Of a DNA stretch of 64,000 nt, positions 1-9,462 are shown piece by piece. The notes under the pieces are model-generated. The model saw only the letters and a list, made by a program, of their open reading frames with translations. It was not told where the DNA came from and did no database searches. Each line of letters starts with the position of its first letter. Positions within the stretch are counted from its first letter, which is position 1. The position numbers and the translations under genes are program-made. This DNA comes from an uncultured delta proteobacterium (GTDB taxonomy: Bacteria; Myxococcota; Kuafuiibacteriia; Kuafuiibacteriales; Kuafuiibacteriaceae), in NCBI GenBank assembly GCA_963803435.1, contig CAWDML010000005.1, forward strand, positions 64,001 to 128,000, given 5' to 3'.

Positions 1-2
1 TC

Positions 3-662
3 AGCCAGTGCAACGGCTCGCGGTCCATCGGTGTGTACTTCGGGACCGGCAACATGCAGCGGCCGGCCGAGTTCGACAACCTGATGAACGGCGCGATCAC
101 CTCGCACACCAACATGGAGAGCACGTTCCCGTCGACGCCGCCGGCGCCGCCCGGAACCCAGTGGGCGAACGTCATGGGCGTCGTGTGGGACTCGCCGACG
201 CTGCCGCTGAACGCGTCGCTGGTGGATCTGGTCAACGTCACGACGGCACCGCAGGTGACGAACCCGAGGGGCACGAACGGTTTCTTCATCGAGCTGCGTC
301 CGAACGAGAAGATGCTGAGGAAGCCGCTGGTGCTGGACAGCGTGGCCTACTTCAAGACGTACCTGCCCACCACGCCGGCGACCGAGTGTGTCTCCGCCAC
401 CGGCGTCGACACGTTCTTCGTGTTCAACAGCTGCAATGCGCTGGCGCTCACCGATGCGGATGGCGACGGCGTCGTCACGGCGGTGGATCGGGTGGCCTAC
501 GCGGCGCAGACGGACATCGGCGGTGAGATCCTGGCGGTCTTCCCGAAGAACAGTGATCCGATCGTGTCGCACGGCAACCTCGGCGAGGACGTGGCGGCAC
601 AGCTGCCGAAGAACCCAACCAGCCGCGGCCTGCGGCTGTTCATGTGGCGGAAGTTCGAGTGA
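3..662 (+). CDS. C-terminal part of a PilY1/PilC-like type IV pilus tip beta-propeller protein (5' end outside window)
   Basis: Frame is open from the window edge. Motifs YFGTGN and ELRPNEKMLRKPLVLDSVAYFKTYLP, a DADGDG Ca-binding-like loop and a terminal W-R-K resemble PilY1 C-termini. Confidence 0.6.
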   Translation, partial: SQCNGSRSIGVYFGTGNMQRPAEFDNLMNGAITSHTNMESTFPSTPPAPPGTQWANVMGVVWDSPTLPLNASLVDLVNVTTAPQVTNPRGTNGFFIELRPNEKMLRKPLVLDSVAYFKTYLPTTPATECVSATGVDTFFVFNSCNALALTDADGDGVVTAVDRVAYAAQTDIGGEILAVFPKNSDPIVSHGNLGEDVAAQLPKNPTSRGLRLFMWRKFE

Positions 663-679
663 TGGGACCGAAGGAGATG

Positions 680-1183
680 ACGATGTTGACGCGAATCGCA
701 ACCTGGTCACTCGGCGCGTTGGTGGCGCTCTCGATGGCGACGTCGGCACAGGCCGCGCCCTCGAAGCTGAAGCCGACCGCCAAACCGGTCCCCGCCAAGA
801 AGGCTGCACCCGATCCGTTCGCGGCGATCAAGCGCCCGGCCTCGCCGCAGTACCGGAGGATGCCGATCCGGGCCACGGCCCAGAAGCCGGCCGTGCTGTC
901 CGAGGCCCGCTACGACCAGGGTCGGATCGAGAAGATCGACGACGGCGCCGTGATCTACTCGGTGGAGATTCCGCCGGAGCTCCGGCAGTCGCTGGCGCGC
1001 AAGCAGAACAAGCCGCTGTCGCAGGTTCCCGATCGGGTGATGAGGCGGGCGCTGATCGACTATCGCTCCACGACGCCGTCTCTCATCCGCAACCGCATCG
1101 GAGACGAGGTTCGAATCGAGCTGCGCCAGGACGGCGCCGGCTACCTGTTCGTGACCAACCTCCTCTCTCCGAAGACCAAGTAG
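680..1183 (+). CDS. Secreted hypothetical protein
   Basis: GGAG RBS before ATG. Signal peptide ending AQA followed by a Lys/Pro-rich linker. Typical codon usage. Confidence 0.6.
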   Translation, partial: TMLTRIATWSLGALVALSMATSAQAAPSKLKPTAKPVPAKKAAPDPFAAIKRPASPQYRRMPIRATAQKPAVLSEARYDQGRIEKIDDGAVIYSVEIPPELRQSLARKQNKPLSQVPDRVMRRALIDYRSTTPSLIRNRIGDEVRIELRQDGAGYLFVTNLLSPKTK

Positions 1184-1185
1184 CC

Positions 1186-1689
1186 CTGCTCTCCCGCTAT
1201 CCGCGATCGCTCCCCTTCCTCGGCGGCGCCCTGCTCGCAGTCGTGGTCGCCTACGCGATCGGTGTGTTCGAGCCGCGCCCCACCCTCGAGCTCCCCACGC
1301 GCGCGCTGCCGACGCCGTCGGTGACGCCGGTGACGCCGGTCGTCACGCCCCGGCCGCCTCCTCCGGAGCCGCCGCCCGCCCCCAAGCATCGGCATGTGCG
1401 GGTTCGTAGGGCGCCTGAGGTCCCGGCTGCGGTGGCCCCGCCCCCGCCGGTCGCACGGCCTCATCCCTTCTCGGCCGAGCTGGCCCGGGTGAAGGCTTCG
1501 CCGTCGAGCGATCTGAGGTTCGACCTCGCGGATCGGGTGGAGGCGGCCGCCGATCGGACGCTGGATCGAGGCTCGGCGGCCTCAGTGAAGGCTTGTCTCA
1601 CGCAGTTTCGAATCACAGGTGGGGTCCGGCACCTCGAGCGGTGCGTGGAGAAGTTCGAAAGCGCGGGCGGATCGGTTATGACTCCTTGA
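1186..1689 (+). CDS. Membrane-anchored Pro-rich protein with a helical two-Cys C-terminal domain (start uncertain, possibly CTG)
   Basis: 3' part of ORF 388-1689: TM segment PFLGGALLAVVVAYAIGVF, Pro-rich linker, helical tail. Fills the gap between two co-oriented genes. Confidence 0.5.
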   Translation: MLSRYPRSLPFLGGALLAVVVAYAIGVFEPRPTLELPTRALPTPSVTPVTPVVTPRPPPPEPPPAPKHRHVRVRRAPEVPAAVAPPPPVARPHPFSAELARVKASPSSDLRFDLADRVEAAADRTLDRGSAASVKACLTQFRITGGVRHLERCVEKFESAGGSVMTP

Positions 1690-1690
1690 G

Positions 1691-2744
1691 ATGACCCGGA
1701 AGCTCACCGCCGGGCAGCGGGTGGGGCCGTTCGAGCTCGAGGAGCGCATCGCGCTCGGGGGGATGGCCGAGATCTGGGCGGCCAGAGAGCAACGCCCCGA
1801 AGGCGCCCGGCGGCTCGCCCTGAAGATCCTCCAGCCGTTCTACGGTGACGACCCGGCCTTCCGGGCGATGTTCGAGGACGAGGTGCGGATTCTCGCTGCG
1901 CCTCCGTCACGAGAACATCCTCGAGGTGTACGAGGCGTACGAGCTGGACGGTCTGTCGATCCAGTCGATGCAGCTCCTGGAAGGACTGGACGTCCGACGT
2001 CTCCTCCAGCGGCTGGCCAAAGCCGAGCAATGGTTCCCAGTGCCGCTGGTGCTCTCGGTCGGACGCTGCGTCGCCCGCGGACTCGCGTACGCGCACATGA
2101 GGAGGAACGAACAGGGCAAGCCGCTCGAGATCGTCCATCGCGACGTCTCACCGCACAACGTGATGATCACGAACGAGGGCGCTGTGAAGGTGCTGGACTT
2201 CGGCATCGCGCGCGCGGCGGAGCGGCTGACCCGGACCAAGACCGGCGTGGTGAAGGGCAAGATCTCCTACATGGCGCCCGAGCAGGCCATGGCCGCGCGG
2301 GTGACGCCCCAGACGGATATCTTCGCCCTGGGCATCGTCCTTTGGGAGATGCTGGCGATGCGACGGCTCTTCCAGGGTGCCAGCGAGACCGAGACGCTGC
2401 GGAAGATCGTGCGCGCCGAGGTCCCCCCGCTCATCCGGATGAATCCATCGGTCCCGCGCGACGCAGCCAAGCTGATCCATCAGATGCTTTCGGCACCCCC
2501 CGACCAGCGTCCCGAGTCGATGGAGCACGTGGAGAATGCGCTGACCCGCGTCCTCGCCGTGCAGTACGAGGCAGAGGACTGCGATCAGGCCTCGCTGGCG
2601 CGCTGGTTCTCGCGCTTCGTCGAAGCCCGCACCGACACGCCCCTCGGTACGCCGGTGGTGCCGCGGATGGAGAACGCCAGCGAGACCACCGAGGTCGAAG
2701 AGACGCTCAGCGCGACGACCAAGCCGGGTCATCTCGCGGATTGA
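1691..2744 (+). CDS. Cytoplasmic Hanks-type Ser/Thr protein kinase, apparent +1 frameshift at ~1890
   Basis: IALGGMAEIW and ALK lie in one frame; HRDVSPHN, DFG, YMAPE and DIFALG lie in the next. Removing one T from CGGATTCTCG joins them (RISLRLRHEN). Confidence 0.85.
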
Positions 2745-2747
2745 AGC

Positions 2748-3728
2748 TCAGGCGTCGATTCCCAGGGGCTTGAGCACGTCGCGCTTGAAGCGATCCGGCA
2801 AGCGATACTCGTACGGGTCGGCGCCCTCGCGGAGGATCGTACGCGTGTTGGTCGGGATCTCCTGAAACACGCCCTTCCGCCACCAGTAGAGCGCTCGACC
2901 CGTTCCGCCGGCCGGCCCGGTCGTGCGGGGTTGATAGGTGGCGCGCACCATCTCCGCGAGTACGTCCACGACGCGCGCGTCGCGCACAACGTGGAAGAGG
3001 CAGAGATCCTGGTGAGGCGCCGAGAGCAGGAGACCGAGCTCGCCGGGGTCACCCAGATCTCCCGCCGCCAGGATTCGGCTGCCGGCGAAGGGGCCCTCGA
3101 TCGAGCTGATGAGATCGTCGTTCACCAAGGCGTCCGCAGCGAACGTGTTCTGCTCTGCGCGTGCGAGGATCGCGGGACCGCCGACGTCCCAAGCTGCAAG
3201 ATGGCTTGCGGGCAGTCCCTCAGCCTGCGGGAGAAAGTCGTAGACCGCGATCGCCTCGAAGCGATCGAGCGCGTCGCGACGCACCACGCGGATCAGGTCC
3301 GGCACCTCGGCGTGAAAGCCGCGCACGCGGAGCGCGATGCGTAGATGCGCTTGCGCCCGGTCCGGTGCTTCTGCGAGCTCCGCGAGCGTCGCGGCATGCC
3401 CGGTCAGGAGGCCCTCGAGGGAAGCGCGGACCTCTGCCATCATCATCGCGTCGGGGATGAGATCGCGCACCGCGTGGGCGATCATCTTGGGCCAGGTCTC
3501 GGTGCAATCGGCTGCGCAGATGAAGACGAAATCGGCGAACTTGACCGTTCGCTCACCGCGCGGTCCACAGACCTTCGCCGAGTCCTCGAACAGCTCGATG
3601 GTACCGCCGTTGTCGAGCACGTACCGCTGGATGGCCTCGACCAGCGCAGCGGCGCTCCGGGCGTCGTGCGGAGAGCCCTTGGCCCAGGCCGGGAGCTTCC
3701 CACCGAACAAGCGGTCGCGGAGGCCCAC
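2748..3728 (-). CDS. Hypothetical protein
   Basis: 326-aa ORF with protein-like composition, convergent with the kinase. No motif recognised. Confidence 0.6.
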   Translation of the reverse strand: MGLRDRLFGGKLPAWAKGSPHDARSAAALVEAIQRYVLDNGGTIELFEDSAKVCGPRGERTVKFADFVFICAADCTETWPKMIAHAVRDLIPDAMMMAEVRASLEGLLTGHAATLAELAEAPDRAQAHLRIALRVRGFHAEVPDLIRVVRRDALDRFEAIAVYDFLPQAEGLPASHLAAWDVGGPAILARAEQNTFAADALVNDDLISSIEGPFAGSRILAAGDLGDPGELGLLLSAPHQDLCLFHVVRDARVVDVLAEMVRATYQPRTTGPAGGTGRALYWWRKGVFQEIPTNTRTILREGADPYEYRLPDRFKRDVLKPLGIDA

Positions 3729-3768
3729 CCGATCAACTTAACAGATTGGACTTGGATATACTCGCTCA

Positions 3769-5337
3769 ATGCGGCGCGCGGCATGCGTCCTGCTGGCGTG
3801 CGTGAGCGTCAGCTGTGTGGATCGCCGCGTGATCGACGTACCGGTCGATGACTATGCGTTCGAGTATGGGTTCGTGGTCGTCCGCGACGGCGGCGGTGCG
3901 ACCACCCGCACGTCGGCGCCCTTCGGAGTCCGAGACGGCGTGGTCACGTTCGGGGCTCTGCCCGCGTACCACCTCGAGCCGACGGAAGAATCGCTGCTGC
4001 TGGTCACGTTCCCCGAGGGCGCGGTTCGTACGGCCGTCACCGTGTTCGATGCCTCGCGTGCCTCGGAGCTGGAGCTGATCCCGCTTCTCGCCGATCTCCC
4101 GTTCTACGAGTCGAAGGACGACTTCCTGTCGATCGCGTTGCCGGCGGGCACACGGGCGTTCCAGGGTGATCTCGGCGAGCCGCTGTCGGAGACCGAGCTG
4201 CCCGACCTGGCCCTCCGGGCGCCGATCGCGCCCGAGCAGTGCGAGCGATTGGATGCTTCGGGCCTGGTCGCGTTTGCGGATCAGGCCGGTGTCATCCCGA
4301 TGCAGCCCAACACTAGCGAGGACGACTTTCTCGACGTCGACCTGGTGGACGCCCAGACCGCGCTCGGCCTGACCTCGAGACGCCTCGATCTCTTTCGTGC
4401 GGGCGAACGCTTCGTCCCGGTGGCGGTCACGGCGAGCACCTCAGGCAACGCGTTTGGGGAGGAGGCGCTCTCGACGGGCGACTACCTCGTCGGAGGTTAT
4501 GCCCTCGATCGTGCGGATGCCCGCGCGTGGTTCATCGGTACGCTGCGCACCGAGGGCAACACGGGAGTACTCTATGAGCTCGCCGTCGATTCATCTGGGC
4601 TGTCGATCGTCGGCACGGCCACGCTCGCGGAAACCGCGCTGGCGGCCATCACGCTCGACGGTGATCGCAGGCCCATCGTCCTGGCGCACGGAGGCCGCGT
4701 CTGGCGCTATGGCGAGGCCGGCGTCTTCGCTCCGATGCCGCCGATCCATCCCTCCGCCGACGGGTTGTCGGTGAGCATCGCGTACACGGGCGACGCCGAC
4801 CTGCCGTTCGTCGCGAGCACGACCGGAGAACTACACGTGCTCGACGCTCGGCGCCCGACGCCGAGCTGGACCTCGGAGCGGATCGCGACCGAGCTGTTGC
4901 CGGTGTTTCCGCAGGAGCACTCGTTCAACGCCACCGGTCTGGCCAGCTCACGGACGCCTACGGGTGAGCTCGAGCTGTGGGCTGCGGGGACCGGAAGTCT
5001 CCTGCTGCGCAAGGTGGGCGACGCGCCCTGGGAGCCATTCCCGATCACGTATCCGCCCCGCTTCGCGGCGTGCACGACAGCCGGCGAGTATCCAAACCTG
5101 GTCACGACGTTCGGCTTCGACGGTCTGCGCGTCGAGGGTGAGGACCTCCTCCTCACCGTTCGCAAGTGCACCGCGGCGCTGCAGGTCCGGCGCGATGGCG
5201 GGTGCACTGCGCTCCTCAGGGTGGGGGGCGTGGATCCGAGCTTCGACCTGATGGATCTCCAAGCGCTCGACGTACTGGGTGACACGATCATCGTGGGTGG
5301 CGAGGCCGGTCTCTTGTACAGAGGAACGCTGCGCTAG
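3769..5337 (+). CDS. Putative lipoprotein with beta-propeller-like C-terminal region
   Basis: N-terminal lipobox-like segment (LLACVSVSC) and beta-rich repeats ending IIVGGEAGLLYRG. Its TAG stop is the CTAG flanking element copy 1. Confidence 0.7.
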   Translation: MRRAACVLLACVSVSCVDRRVIDVPVDDYAFEYGFVVVRDGGGATTRTSAPFGVRDGVVTFGALPAYHLEPTEESLLLVTFPEGAVRTAVTVFDASRASELELIPLLADLPFYESKDDFLSIALPAGTRAFQGDLGEPLSETELPDLALRAPIAPEQCERLDASGLVAFADQAGVIPMQPNTSEDDFLDVDLVDAQTALGLTSRRLDLFRAGERFVPVAVTASTSGNAFGEEALSTGDYLVGGYALDRADARAWFIGTLRTEGNTGVLYELAVDSSGLSIVGTATLAETALAAITLDGDRRPIVLAHGGRVWRYGEAGVFAPMPPIHPSADGLSVSIAYTGDADLPFVASTTGELHVLDARRPTPSWTSERIATELLPVFPQEHSFNATGLASSRTPTGELELWAAGTGSLLLRKVGDAPWEPFPITYPPRFAACTTAGEYPNLVTTFGFDGLRVEGEDLLLTVRKCTAALQVRRDGGCTALLRVGGVDPSFDLMDLQALDVLGDTIIVGGEAGLLYRGTLR

Positions 5338-5856
5338 GAGCGTGTAGCGCGTAAGCGCTCACGCGACCCCGGTCCGGGTCCCGGTCCCGGTCCGGGTCCC
5401 GATCTGAAGATGGCTGCCTTGAGTCAGACGCTCGCGACGGTCGCGAGCTTCGATCGGTAGAGCTTGAGCAGGTTGTGGGTGAGGCACACGAGCGTCCACT
5501 CGGCTCGTACCTTGAAGAAGGAGCGTAGCGAGAACCGGCGGAATCCTCGTGCCCCTTTGATCTGTCCGAGCGCCGGTTCGACGATACTCTTCCTGCGGGG
5601 GTAGACCGCCTTGCCGTCGCGCGTTTCGCTCTGGCACTGAAAGCGCCGCCTCACTCCACACCTGCTTGAGGCGCCGACTCGCCAACGAGCAGAAGCTCCA
5701 AGCCGCCAGAGCCAAGCTCAAGCGCGTTGTCGAGATGCTCACGCGCCTCATCAAGTCGATGAACGCACGCCGGGCTGCATGATCGCCATCGGGACCGGGA
5801 CCGGGACCGGGACCCGGACCGGGCTCGCGGTAGCGCTACGCGCTACACGCTCCTAG
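5334..5856 (-). mobile_element. Copy 1 of the IS1182/four-helix-bundle element: 523-bp internally deleted derivative, inverted relative to the other copies
   Basis: Bounded by CTAG-GAGCGTGTAGCGCGTA...TACGCGCTACACGCTC-CTAG. Holds the transposase 3' end (5424-~5626, minus; RRKSIVEPALGQIK, VRAEWTLVCLTHNLLKL) fused to the four-helix-bundle 3' end (~5625-5782, plus). Confidence 0.9.
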
Positions 5857-6780
5857 CTAGTCTCCGTCGGGTGGGAGCGGAAGGCGTAGCGCTCCCGACG
5901 AAACCGAGACGAAGAGCTCGGCACGACCAGTGCGCTCGCCCAGCGCGCTGAGGTCGAAGCGGTACCGCTCGAGCGCATCCGGCACCGGCTCCGCGGAGAT
6001 CCGGACCGCGCCGAGCTGGAGGTACGGGGGCTCGGCGCCGGCGGCCTCCAGAAGATCGATGAGGAGCGTGTCGGGTGGCAGGAGGGAGAGCGTGAACGAC
6101 GGGTGCTCCAGCAGCACCTGCTCACGGGCGCCCGTGCTGGCCGCCATCGCCAGGGGCGGTGAACGCATTCGGATCCAGGCGCCGAGGTCGACCACCGTTC
6201 GATCAGGGGCGTCGAGGAGCAACTGGGTGGCGGCGAGCCAATCCAAGCGGGCGGCGACCTCGGGGAAGCGCGCAACCAGCTCGGCGACGGCGTCGAGGTG
6301 AGGGGCGCCGCGGGGGTCAATGAAGCTCGCGTCCGACCACCACCAGAACCGGCTTCGGTGCGTGGCAGGGACCCACGCCACCTCCAGGGCGCGCCACGCG
6401 TTGAACGCGGTCAGCCGCCAGAGGTGCGGGCGGAGCGTCTCGTCGAAGGCGACCAGCGCGACCTCCTGCTCGATCGTGAGATCGGGAGGTTCGCCGATCA
6501 TCGCCTCGGCTCCCAGGCGGCGGAGCTCCACCGCGTCCCGGGCGGCGAAGGCTCGCCGCAGCTCGTCGATGGCGTCCGTGCTCCCGTCGAGCAGCGCGAC
6601 TGCGGCGACGGCGTCATCTTCGAGCGCGTCGTCGATTCCGAGATCGATGTCGACATCGAGGGAGCCGAGCTGGGCCTCGGCGCCCAGGAGCACGAGCAGG
6701 CCGGCGGCTTCCAGCACGTCGCGCGGGGGTTCGGAGGCTGACAAGCGGGAGACGAGCTCGTCGATCGAGGGGCGCTTCAT
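5857..6780 (-). CDS. Hypothetical protein coupled to an ECF-like sigma factor (possible soluble anti-sigma or partner)
   Basis: MKRPSIDEL start overlaps the sigma stop (ATGA). No clear TM segment; Trp-rich central motif. Confidence 0.6.
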   Translation of the reverse strand: MKRPSIDELVSRLSASEPPRDVLEAAGLLVLLGAEAQLGSLDVDIDLGIDDALEDDAVAAVALLDGSTDAIDELRRAFAARDAVELRRLGAEAMIGEPPDLTIEQEVALVAFDETLRPHLWRLTAFNAWRALEVAWVPATHRSRFWWWSDASFIDPRGAPHLDAVAELVARFPEVAARLDWLAATQLLLDAPDRTVVDLGAWIRMRSPPLAMAASTGAREQVLLEHPSFTLSLLPPDTLLIDLLEAAGAEPPYLQLGAVRISAEPVPDALERYRFDLSALGERTGRAELFVSVSSGALRLPLPPDGD

Positions 6781-7481
6781 GACGCGTTCCTCCGGGCGCG
6801 GAGCCGAGCGAGCGTGCCGGGGAGGAGCGCGAGCATTCCGTGATGATCGAGGCACTCGGCCAGACGGGCGCGGACACGGGAGACGATCGCCCACGCGTTG
6901 GCCTGGGCCTTGCGCAGGCGATCGCCGAGCGGCGACTTGGGATCGACGGGCGCGCGAGCGGCCGTCTCGACGTCGACCGCCGAGATCATCTCCAGCCGGC
7001 GCGCCAGCTCGAGGCGTGAAAGCTCGGCGTCTTCGCGGAGCAGCTCGTAGGCGGCGCGATGACGATCGGTGAGCTCGTCTGCGCACCGGTGGAGCTGCGC
7101 GACCGCGGCCTTGGCGTCGAACGTCCGCTCGGGGTCACCGAGAACCGGACGATCGGGAACGTGATCGAGCATGGTCTCGCGCGTGAGTTTGCCGGAGAGG
7201 TCGAGGAGGTGGTTGCGGGCGACGACCTTGGCCCAGCCGACGATGACGGCCTCCGCGCGCCCGCGAGCGCGGGGCGGATCGCAGAGGAGCTTGTGCGTGA
7301 GGTCCTGCGTGAGGTCATCGGCGTCGATCCGCGCCGCGACAATCAGGCCGGGACGGCGCTGGATTACGGTGTGCACGGCGCGCTCGAGCAATGGGCGGAC
7401 ACCCTCCACCGCCCGCTCCCAGCGGCGAGGATCCAGGGCGCGGGCGTCGAGGGCGGCGAAGAGCTCGTCGGCGGGATCCAT
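6777..7481 (-). CDS. Divergent ECF-type sigma-70 factor
   Basis: Region 2-like DADDLTQDL...WAKVVARNHLLD and region 4-like LTDRHRAAYEL...ELARRL...VSRVRARLAECL, with an insertion inside the HTH. Confidence 0.65.
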   Translation of the reverse strand: MDPADELFAALDARALDPRRWERAVEGVRPLLERAVHTVIQRRPGLIVAARIDADDLTQDLTHKLLCDPPRARGRAEAVIVGWAKVVARNHLLDLSGKLTRETMLDHVPDRPVLGDPERTFDAKAAVAQLHRCADELTDRHRAAYELLREDAELSRLELARRLEMISAVDVETAARAPVDPKSPLGDRLRKAQANAWAIVSRVRARLAECLDHHGMLALLPGTLARLRARRNAS

Positions 7482-7602
7482 CCGGAACGCATGCCCCTAG
7501 GACGGGGGGAGAGTCCGAGCCTGACGCTGGTCGGATTCGGGTGCAAGGCGTTCATGTTTCGATGACCCGGACCAGAACCGGCTCCGGCTCGACTGGCACG
7601 CA

Positions 7603-7716
7603 GCTTGGAGCGAGATCGCGATGGGCGCTCGGGATCGAAGCTCCAGGATTAGACCCAGACGTATCCCCTCCCGGAGCGTGGGACTTCGATCCTAAGCGCC
7701 CATCGTCGCACCGAGC
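7603..7716. repeat. Long imperfect inverted repeat (REPIN/MITE-like or structured leader)
   Basis: 7619-7640 pairs with 7684-7705 (20/22 Watson-Crick). Outer arms 7603-7613 and 7706-7716 also pair imperfectly. Confidence 0.65.
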
Positions 7717-7753
7717 CGACTGAAGAACCGGGCGCGGGTCCCGGGTTGTCCAT

Positions 7754-9376
7754 TCAATGTGCCGAGTCTAGGTCCCGCGCGGCCTGATCGAGCGACGCGC
7801 GACACCGGGCCATCACGCTTCGGAAGGTTGCGTTGGCCGGATCTTGATCGCCGCCAAAGCCCACCAGCAGCGCGAGCCCGCACTCGCGGCTGAGCCGGCG
7901 TGCCCGCTCCTCCCCGAGTCTGCGGGTGGCGAGCTCGGTGAAGCGCTTCGTCTCCTCCTGCGGATCGACGACCGACGGCGGCGGCTCGACGCGTGGAGGC
8001 GGCGCGCTGCGGGCGCGGGGCGGTGGCTTCGTCGGGTTGGTGCGCTTCGTCGGAGGCGGGCGGTCGTGGTCCCCGGGGGCAAGCGAAGCGCGCAGCGAGC
8101 CCTCGCGAGCGGGGTCGGGTGCGAGGGCTCCGCCCGAGCGGGCCCCGGGGGTCGCGACCACCTCGACCAGCGGCGGTGGCTCGGGCGGCGGAAGCATCAG
8201 CGGGCTTGGTTTGGGCGCGAGCTGCGTGGACACGACGGCCGCTCCGGCGACCGCCAGCGCTCCCGCCGCGAGCCACCAGGGCACGCGCGAGGACCTTCGT
8301 GGCGGCGGCGGCAGCGGCCTGCGCTCCATCCGCGTGAGCGCGTGCTGGGCAGAGTCCATGGTGAGCGCCCCGCGCTCCTCGGATCCGGCGACCCGCGTGG
8401 GCTCGACCTGAACCTCCTCGGTTCGAACCACGCGGTCGAGCCGCGCCTGACTCTCGATCTTCTTCTCCGGGACCAGCGAGTCGATGAACGCGGCGATCGC
8501 CTCCGGCCGACCGACGCCGAGCTCACCGCCGGCCAGCGCCAACGCGTCGTGGAAGTCCTGCGCGGTCGCGTACCGTCGCTCCGGATCCTTCTCGAGTGCC
8601 CGCGCCAGCACAGGATCGAGGCCGGGCGGCAACGCCGCGTTGCGAGCGCTGAGCGGCGGCGGCACGTCCACCACGACCGCGCCGAGGATCTTCTTGGCGT
8701 CGGCACCGTCGACGAGCGGTCGGCCGGAGAGCAGCTCGTAGAGCACGACGGCGATCGTGTAGACGTCGCTACGCCGATCGATCTTGTCGGCGGTCGCCTG
8801 CTCGGGAGACATGTATCGCAGCGTCCCCGCGATCATCCCGGGGGCCGTCCGGAAGTCGCCGAGCGTGGTGCGGACGAGGCCGAAGTCGATGATCTTGAGG
8901 TCGCCGTCGAACGAGATCATCAGATTCCGGGGGGAGAGATCGCGGTGAACGATGGCCAGGTGATGACCGTCCGAGTCCACGAGCTCGTGCGCGTAATGGA
9001 GCGCAGTGAGGGCCTTGAGGATCAAGGTCATGGCCATGCTCGCCGGGAGCATCTGGCGGCGCGCCGCCGCGGCGAACATCAGCGACTCGAGATCCTCGCC
9101 GGCGATGAACTCCATCGCCAGGTAGAAGGACTCGCCGACCCGGCCCGCATCGACGAGGCGGGCGATGTTCGGATGGTCGAGCAGCGCGGCGACCTGCGCC
9201 TCCCGAAGGAAGCGGCTCTGGACGACCCGATCGTTCGCGAGGTGCTCGTGGACCACCTTGATCACGAACAGCCGATCATCCTGGTCCCGCTGCGCCAGCC
9301 ACACGGACGCCATCCCGCCCTCGCCGAGCTTCTCGACGATCGCGTAGTTCGGGACCTGCGGCTTCGGCTGGGTCAT
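7754..9376 (-). CDS. Membrane Ser/Thr protein kinase (kinase-TM-Pro-rich-helical domain)
   Basis: LGEGGMASVW, VIK, HRDLSPRN, DFG, YMSPEQ and DVY motifs, then TM WWLAAGALAVAGAAVV. Confidence 0.9.
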   Translation of the reverse strand: MTQPKPQVPNYAIVEKLGEGGMASVWLAQRDQDDRLFVIKVVHEHLANDRVVQSRFLREAQVAALLDHPNIARLVDAGRVGESFYLAMEFIAGEDLESLMFAAAARRQMLPASMAMTLILKALTALHYAHELVDSDGHHLAIVHRDLSPRNLMISFDGDLKIIDFGLVRTTLGDFRTAPGMIAGTLRYMSPEQATADKIDRRSDVYTIAVVLYELLSGRPLVDGADAKKILGAVVVDVPPPLSARNAALPPGLDPVLARALEKDPERRYATAQDFHDALALAGGELGVGRPEAIAAFIDSLVPEKKIESQARLDRVVRTEEVQVEPTRVAGSEERGALTMDSAQHALTRMERRPLPPPPRRSSRVPWWLAAGALAVAGAAVVSTQLAPKPSPLMLPPPEPPPLVEVVATPGARSGGALAPDPAREGSLRASLAPGDHDRPPPTKRTNPTKPPPRARSAPPPRVEPPPSVVDPQEETKRFTELATRRLGEERARRLSRECGLALLVGFGGDQDPANATFRSVMARCRASLDQAARDLDSAH

Positions 9377-9462
9377 CGGATCCCCGAGATGCCGGCGTGA
9401 GCATGATTTGCCGCGCCCATTCGGTAATGGTTCTATACCAGCTGTTGAACGCGCGAGACCAC

